Assembly (NCBI RefSeq): GCF_004010195.1
Contig: NC_057718.1
Coordinates: 100,028,505-100,081,750, forward strand
Direction: 5' to 3'
Origin: Chiloscyllium plagiosum
Taxonomy: Eukaryota
DNA: 53,246 nucleotides
The notes beneath the pieces were generated by a model, which was not told the origin of the DNA, ran no database searches, and saw nothing but the letters and a program-made list of their open reading frames with translations. Position 1 is the stretch's first letter, and the number at the start of each line of letters is the position of its first letter. Both the position numbers and the translations under genes were made by a program. Shown piece by piece: positions 47,190 to 53,246 of this stretch.

Positions 47190-47394
47190 CAGTTAGAAGT
47201 CACATGACAACAGATTATAGTGCAACAGGTTTGTTTGAAATCACACAAGCTTTCAGAGCGCTGCTCCTTCATCAGCTGAACAGAGGCAATGCTCTTAAAG
47301 TTTGTGTGATTTCAAATAAACCTGTTAGACTATAACATGATGTTGTGTGACTTCTGACTTTGTCCATCCCAGTCCAAAAGTGGCACCTCCTCAT
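47190..47394. mobile_element. Penelope pLTR inverted-repeat insert (subfamily B) with 9-bp TSD
   Basis: cacccaaac at 47181-47189 and 47395-47403. Confidence 0.85.
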
Positions 47395-47689
47395 CACCCA
47401 AACAGAGTCTTTGGTGATTTAGGCTTAGCCATTGTCAAAATTCAGTCCATTAAGTCTGCCTTAATAGCTGAGGAAATTATGCAGGGTGTAGCTGAGTCAT
47501 GCGGGTGTGGAGTTCCCACATTTGGCACCCAGTAACTTATCTACACTCAGTTGCAGGGATTGTTGAAGTTGCGAATGATTCGCTTGGGCAGGAAATTGCT
47601 AAGGGTCCCCAATCCAGATCCCTGTCTCAAAGCAGAATCAACAGGCTCACAGGCCCATTTATAAGGGTAGGCCTTGAGGGAGGAATCAG

Positions 47690-48420
47690 AGAACATAAGA
47701 ACATAGAACCTCAGAGATAGGATCTGGGGTAGGCCAGTTGGCTTCTTGATTTGTCTTCCCATTCATTAAGATTGATCACATCATGGCTTAAACCACTTTC
47801 TTGTTTACCCTCCATATCCTTTGATTCCCAGTCAATCAAGAAATTCACCAAAGATCCTTAGACAGCACCTTCCAAATCCATGACAATTTTCATCTGGAAG
47901 GAAAAGCCCAGTAGATACATGGGAAATACCACCCCCTCCATGATTCTCCTAAAGCCAGTCACCATCCTGATTTGGAAACATGTCGCCGTTCCTTCAGTGT
48001 CACTGGGTCAGAATCCTGGAATTCCCCCCCCACTAAGGGCATTGTGGGTCTACCTACAGTACATGGACTGCAGTGGTTCAAGAAGGCAGCTCACCCCCAC
48101 CTTCTCAAGGGCAGCTAGGGATGGGCAATAAATGCTGGGCCCAGCTAGTAACGCCCACATCCAGTGAGTGAATTTTTTAAAAATTGATCAAACTCAGCTG
48201 TAAAAATATTTAATGATCCCATCTCTGCTGCTCTGTAGGAGCAGAATTCCACAGACCCACAACCCTCCGAGAGAGGAAAAGTTCTCTTCGTCTCCATCCT
48301 TTTAGCAACGACTTGATCAGGTTTGCTCAGGATCATCTATGCTTCATTAAGATCAGCTCTCATCATTCCAAAATTCCAATGGATAAAGGTACAACTTGTC
48401 CCACCTATCCTGGTAAGGTA
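47690..48420 (-). mobile_element. Degenerate CR1 3' end interrupted by an L2/Crack-like fragment
   Basis: gaacataagaacatagaa tail; gaattccacagacccacaaccctc..; split at about 47845-48180. Confidence 0.7.
47845..48178 (+). mobile_element. L2/Crack-like LINE 3' end
   Basis: gacagcaccttccaaa..cgccgttccttcagtgtcactgggtc..ggactgcagtggttcaagaaggcagctca..agggatgggcaataaatgctgg. Confidence 0.8.
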
Positions 48421-48615
48421 AACTTTGTCCCCAAGGTTGAATGCTCCAAGTAAACTTGCATGATTCTTTCAAACAGCTAGCACAGACACCGTGGGCTGAA
48501 TGTCCTCCCACTATGTTGAGTCACACGAGGCATTTCAGGTAGATCAGGAGTCAAGAAGGTAACGGACAAAATGGGCTGCAGGAGTCAATCAGTGTAAGAA
48601 GCCAAACCATTCCCT

Positions 48616-48957
48616 TAGAATCCCTACAGCGTAGAGCCAAGTCGTTCAGCCAATCTAGTCCACACCAACCCTCTGAAGAGCATCCCATTCAGAACCACCC
48701 TACCCCTGCATTTTCCATGGCTAACCCACCAAGCCTGCACATTCCTGAACACTATGGGGCAAATTACGCATGGCCAACCCACCCTAACCTGTACATCTTT
48801 GTGATTGTAAGAGGAAATCAGAGCACCCGGAGGAAACCCACGCAGACATGGGGAGAATGTGCAATCTCCACACAGACAGTCGTCCGAGTCTGGAATCGAA
48901 CCCGGGTTCCTGGCGCTGTGAGGCTGCACGGCTAACCACTGAGCCACTGTGCTACCC
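48616..48957 (-). mobile_element. HE1 V-SINE
   Basis: Reverse complement of the HE1 pattern. Confidence 0.9.
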
Positions 48958-49496
48958 TTAGCTTTACGCCGGATGGAAAATGGATTTTTACAGCAGGATG
49001 AGAGTTAGACGTACACCTTCCCCTCATCTCCAGACGTGATTTCTTACATTAACAGGAACCGTTTTGTAGCAAATTCTGATCAGGGATTGCACTCAGTGCC
49101 ACTCAATTTTAATTTGTTTTTATAATCCACTCGAGGAGGCAGAGCGTGTTCACCATTACAACCGCAGTGTAGCAGCTTTCAAGTGAAGGGGCTGTCATGT
49201 ATATTTAACACAAATGTATGTACTTCCACTCTGTTGGAATTTGAGGGGAGTTTCAGCGCCTGAAACACGATGTAACAAACATTTCAGGGATTTAATACTT
49301 TTTAAACGAAACTTTGAGGATTTTAACCATTGAAGAAGTACAGTGTTACATTTGATTTAAGTCCCAAGATTTCTCTCAGTTGTCACCATACTATCATTTA
49401 AGATACTATCTGCGTAATAACTGATATTATACAAGAACCAGGAGCAACAGTCCCTTGAACAGCATTTGTTGCCATTGCCTGATTGCCCTTGAGCAC

Positions 49497-49813
49497 CACG
49501 GTGGCTCAGTGGTTAGCACTGCTGCCTCACAGCACCAAGGGCCCTGGTTCAAGTCCAGCCTTGGGTGACTCTCCGTGTGGAGTTTGCACATTCTCCCTGT
49601 GTCTGTGTGGGTTTCCTCTGGGTGCACTCGTTCCCTCCCACAATCCAAAGATGTGCAGGCTAGGTGAATTGGCCGTGCTAAATTGCCCGTAGAGTTAGTT
49701 ACATTAGTCAGAGGTAAATATAGGGTAGGGGAATGGGTCTGGGTGAGTTAGTCTTCAGAGGGTTGGTGTGGACCTGTTGGGTCAAATGGCCTGTTTCCAC
49801 ACTGTAGGGAATC
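49497..49813 (+). mobile_element. HE1 V-SINE
   Basis: A/B boxes, V domain, tail. Confidence 0.92.
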
Positions 49814-49824
49814 TTAACAATATG

Positions 49825-50560
49825 GTGGTGGTGAGTTGTCATCTGGAGCTGCTGCAGTGTTTGGGATGTAGGGACATCCACAAAGCTGTTAGGGAGGCAT
49901 TCTGAACCAGCAACACTGAAAGAACAGGGACATCTTTCCAAGTCAAGAGGGGAAGGTCCCTTGGAGGTGGTGGGTATTCCCGCGTATCTGCTGCCCTTAT
50001 CCTTCTGAGTCAGAACTCACATGGCACCTGGTTATAGTTTATTTGACCTTCACCTGATGAAGGAGCAGCGCTCCAAAAGCTTGTGATTTCAAATAAACCT
50101 GTTGGACTATAACCTGGTGTCATGTGACTTCTGATTTTGCCCACCCCAGTCCAACACCAGCACCCCCACATCTTATCCTTCTACATGGTACGTGTTGCTG
50201 GTTTGGAAACTCCTGTCAGAGGAGCCTCGGGGAGTTGCTACAACGCATGTTGTAGATGGTACACCCTGTTATCACTACGGTGAAGGGAATGAATGTTGAA
50301 GGTGTTGGATATGGTGCCAATCGAGCGGGGTCTGCTTTGTCCTCAATGGCGTCGAGATTCTTCAGTGTTGTTGGAGCTGCACCCATCCAGGAAAATGGGG
50401 AGTATTCCATCAAACTCCTGACTTGTAGATGGTGGAGGAGGCTTTGGGGAGTCAAGAGGGGAGTTACTCGCTGCCGGATTCCCAGCCTCTGACCTGCTCT
50501 TGTAGCCACAGTGTTTATATGGCCTGTTTAGCTCTGCTTCTGACAAGTGAATCTGGAGAA
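49825..50560 (-). mobile_element. L2/Crack-like (CR1-group) LINE, RT C-terminal region
   Basis: AGQRLGI..LLTPQSL..QVRSLMEYSPFSWMGAAPTTLKNLDAIEDKA (ORF 50216-50509). Confidence 0.8.
50007..50171. mobile_element. Penelope pLTR inverted-repeat insert (subfamily B) with 11-bp TSD
   Basis: cttatccttct at 49996-50006 and 50172-50182; hammerhead has GAAA changed to AAAA. Confidence 0.88.
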
Positions 50561-50620
50561 AATGGGGTTGCCATTGTGCACTCAATTTCCTGGAAAGCTG
50601 CGGTTGGGTTCCTACAATGT

Positions 50621-50939
50621 GGACGGCACGGTGGCACAGTGGTTAGCACTGCTGCCTCACAGCGCCTGAGACCCGGGTTCAATTCCTGCATCAGGCGACT
50701 GACTGTGTGGAGTTTGCACGTTCTCCCCGTGTCTGCGTGGGTTTCCTCCGGGTGCTCCGGTTTCCTCCCACAGTCCAAAGATGTGCAGGTCAGGTGAATT
50801 GGCCATGCTAAATTGCCTGTAGTGTTAGGTAAGGGGTAAATGTAGGGGTATGGGTGGGTTGCGCTTCGGCGGGTCGGTGTGGACTTGTTGGGCCGAAGGG
50901 CCTGTTTCCACGCTGTAATGTAATCTAATCTAATCTAAT
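50621..50939 (+). mobile_element. HE1 V-SINE, full length, young subfamily
   Basis: tggcacagtgg, gggttcaattcc, complete V domain, (taatc)n tail. Confidence 0.96.
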
Positions 50940-51199
50940 GGGTAAGGGATCCTGTTTGACATATTCAGACAGTCTCCGCTCTCTTTAGGAAAGACTCCCC
51001 CAGCTACAGGGCAGCCGATTCAGATAGTAAAAGGGTGCCCAACTACAACAACAATAACATACATTTACATAGCACCTCTATTGTATTGAAACATTAAGGC
51101 CCAATTATTCATTCAGTCTTCAGTAACTTGAAGGAGAGCACATCTTGTAATATGGTTACGTTTACTGAGTATTCCAAGCTATGCAAGAACATCACAGAT

Positions 51200-51790
51200 T
51201 TTAGCAGATGGAATGGAAATTGGCAGATGGAATTACGTGCAAATAAATCCAAATCAAAACACGTTGAAACAAGAAGGAAGCAACATAGGAACAGACGCAA
51301 AACATGTCTGTGTGCAAAGGATTTGAATACAATTATTAATCTCTTAACAAAGGTTTACAGTCATTGTAAAGCTGTTAGCAACAAAACCACTTAAATACTG
51401 GAATGTGTTTCAAGTTTGTTCGACTGTAAGTTGCAGTGAAGGAAGAATTTAATTTATAGAATTCTTTATTACGTTTTTCAGAGAGTCAAAAACAGTTTGC
51501 ATCCAATTTTTCACATTTTCTCATGTAGTCCTTGGGTTATGGATGGGTCGGATGATTGGTTTTGTGACTGCATGCAGAGGTCAGTAGCAGTCTGCAAGGT
51601 TCAGTACTCCATCCCTTGATCAAGGGACGTAGCGACGATTTCAGATTTCACTGCAGAGTCTATGATTAAGAAGTTTGATCAAAAAGCAGGAGAGTGGATT
51701 TGCAGAGTATCAGATCAGTATGATCTCACTGAACGGCAGAACAGAATCAATGGGCTGAATGGCCTGTAGGTGTTCCTATATCTTATGCTC
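51200..51790 (+). mobile_element. Highly degenerate CR1 remnants
   Basis: WQMEL..NK motif at about 51220; gggctgaatggcct..gttcctatatcttatg tail. Confidence 0.5.
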
Positions 51791-52034
51791 CTCTAGTTGT
51801 CTTATTGCTGATTTCCAACAATCATCTTCTTTTGTGCTGGGGCTGACTGTTAGAGCTCCTTGAAGCCACACTCGGTTGATGTTTAAGGCTGTCACTCTCC
51901 CCTCCCCTCTAGAATTCAGCTCTTTTGTCCGTGCTTGATCCAAGATTGGACTGAGAACATAAGCTGAGTGGCCCTGGCGAAACCCAAACTACTCCTTCGG
52001 TTATTCTGGTAAACCTCTTCTGCACCTCTTCTGG

Positions 52035-52356
52035 GGTGGCTCAGCGGTTAGCACTGCTGCCTCACAGCACCAGGAACCCGGGTTTAATTCCACCCTCAGA
52101 CGACTGTCTGTGTGTTGTTTGCACATTCTCTCCGTGTCTGTCGTGGGTTTCCTCTGGGTGTTCTGGTTTCCTCCCACAGTCCAAAGATGTGCAGGTTAGG
52201 TTGGATGGGCCATGCTAAATTGCTTATAGAGCCTCGGGATCTGTGGTTTAGCCATGGGAAATGCAGAGATGTAGGGGGATAGGTCTGGGTGGGATGCTGT
52301 TTGGAGGGTCAGTGTGGACGCGATGGGCTGCTCTCACACTGCAGGGATCCTATGAT
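52035..52356 (+). mobile_element. HE1 V-SINE
   Basis: A/B boxes, V domain, cctatgatc tail. Confidence 0.9.
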
Positions 52357-52574
52357 CGTACGCTCTCCCATATGCTTACATCCACCCCAGAATCGGACAC
52401 AATACTCGCACTGTTGCCTTAGGTAAGTTCAGCATAACCTCTTTAGGTTTTACTCTCTGCCTTCTCCATGAAACCTTGAATACATTCTGTGTTAAACACT
52501 GCTGTCTCCCACCTGTCCTGCCACCTTTTACGGTTATGCACATATCACCCCAGATCTCTCTGCTCCTGCTCAGT

Positions 52575-52690
52575 AACAGTCCCCGTTTCCCACAGCACTG
52601 CACAGGAAGTGACAGATTCGACTTCTGAGGCAAAGCCCCAGAGTGGGTCTTGAATCCAGAGAGTTCGGGGTGAGTGTGGCACCAACAGCA
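52575..52690 (-). mobile_element. DeuSINE-like 5' fragment
   Basis: Minus strand ggattcaagacccactctgg..tgtcacttcctgtgcagtgctgtggga. Confidence 0.45.
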
Positions 52691-52767
52691 GGCCCAAACA
52701 AACTCAGCTCCTCTTGTCTGAGCTCAGTCTGAACTAGCCAGCCATTTTCATTCAGTCTGACGGTGAC

Positions 52768-53246
52768 GGTCTAAGTTGCCCTCTCTCAGGATAATAGGCT
52801 GACAGTCTAAGTTGCCCCCTCTCAGGGTAATAGGGCAACACTAAGTTGCCCCCTCTCAGGGTAATAGGGTAACATTCTAAGTTGCCCCTCTCAGGATAAT
52901 AGGGTGACACTCTAAGTTGCCCCCTCTCAGGGTAATAGGGCAACAGTCTAAGTTGCCCCCTCAGGGTAATAGGGCAACACTAAGTTGCCCCCTCTCAGGG
53001 TAATAGGGCAACACTAAGTTGCCCCCTCTCAGGGTAATAGGGCAACACTAAGTTGCCCCCTCTCAGGGTAATAGGGCAACACTAAGTTGCCCCCTCTCAG
53101 GGTAATAGGGCAACACTAAGTTGCCCCCTCTCAGGGTAATAGGGCAACACTAAGTTGCCCCCTCTCAGGGTAATAGGGCAACACTAAGTTGCCCCCTCTC
53201 AGGGTAATAGGGCAACACTAAGTTGCCCCCTCTCAGGGTAATAGGG
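52768..53246. repeat. Tandem repeat, 34-bp unit, about 14 copies, runs off the window
   Basis: ctaagttgccccctctcagggtaatagggcaaca; diverged at the left edge, identical copies to the right. Confidence 0.95.

Noticed and set aside
50621..50700. tRNA genes at SINE heads
   Set aside because: A/B boxes run directly into the V domain with no acceptor stem closure; the recurring short ORFs (e.g. HPEETHADTGRMCKLHT) are HE1 translations.
52768..53246. Hammerhead in the 34-bp repeat (minus ctgagag)
   Set aside because: Not CUGANGA and no GAAA box; the CTCF-like AGGGGGCA match is also only partial.

Overview
Repeat-dense, non-coding vertebrate DNA. The repeat families (HE1 V-SINEs, CR1/HER1-type LINEs, a DeuSINE, Penelope-like elements) point to a cartilaginous fish, most likely a shark; this is inferred from sequence alone. 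No intact host protein-coding gene, tRNA or rRNA is supported. Nearly all listed ORFs come from retroelements, tandem repeats or N-gaps. Contents: about 15 HE1 SINEs, many CR1 fragments (ORF1 Zn-finger/zipper, SGNH esterase end, APE endonuclease, RT), an L2/Crack-like LINE with a partner SINE, two solo-LTR families, a MITE, Rex1-like pieces, four minisatellites and two assembly gaps. The most notable signal is about 20 Penelope-like pseudo-LTR inserts from four subfamilies. Many are short self-complementary (inverted-arm) units flanked by 7-15 bp target-site duplications, and they carry minimal hammerhead ribozyme cores, at least five with intact consensus. A few weak minus-strand exon candidates and an RFX X-box cluster lie in the unique spacers.
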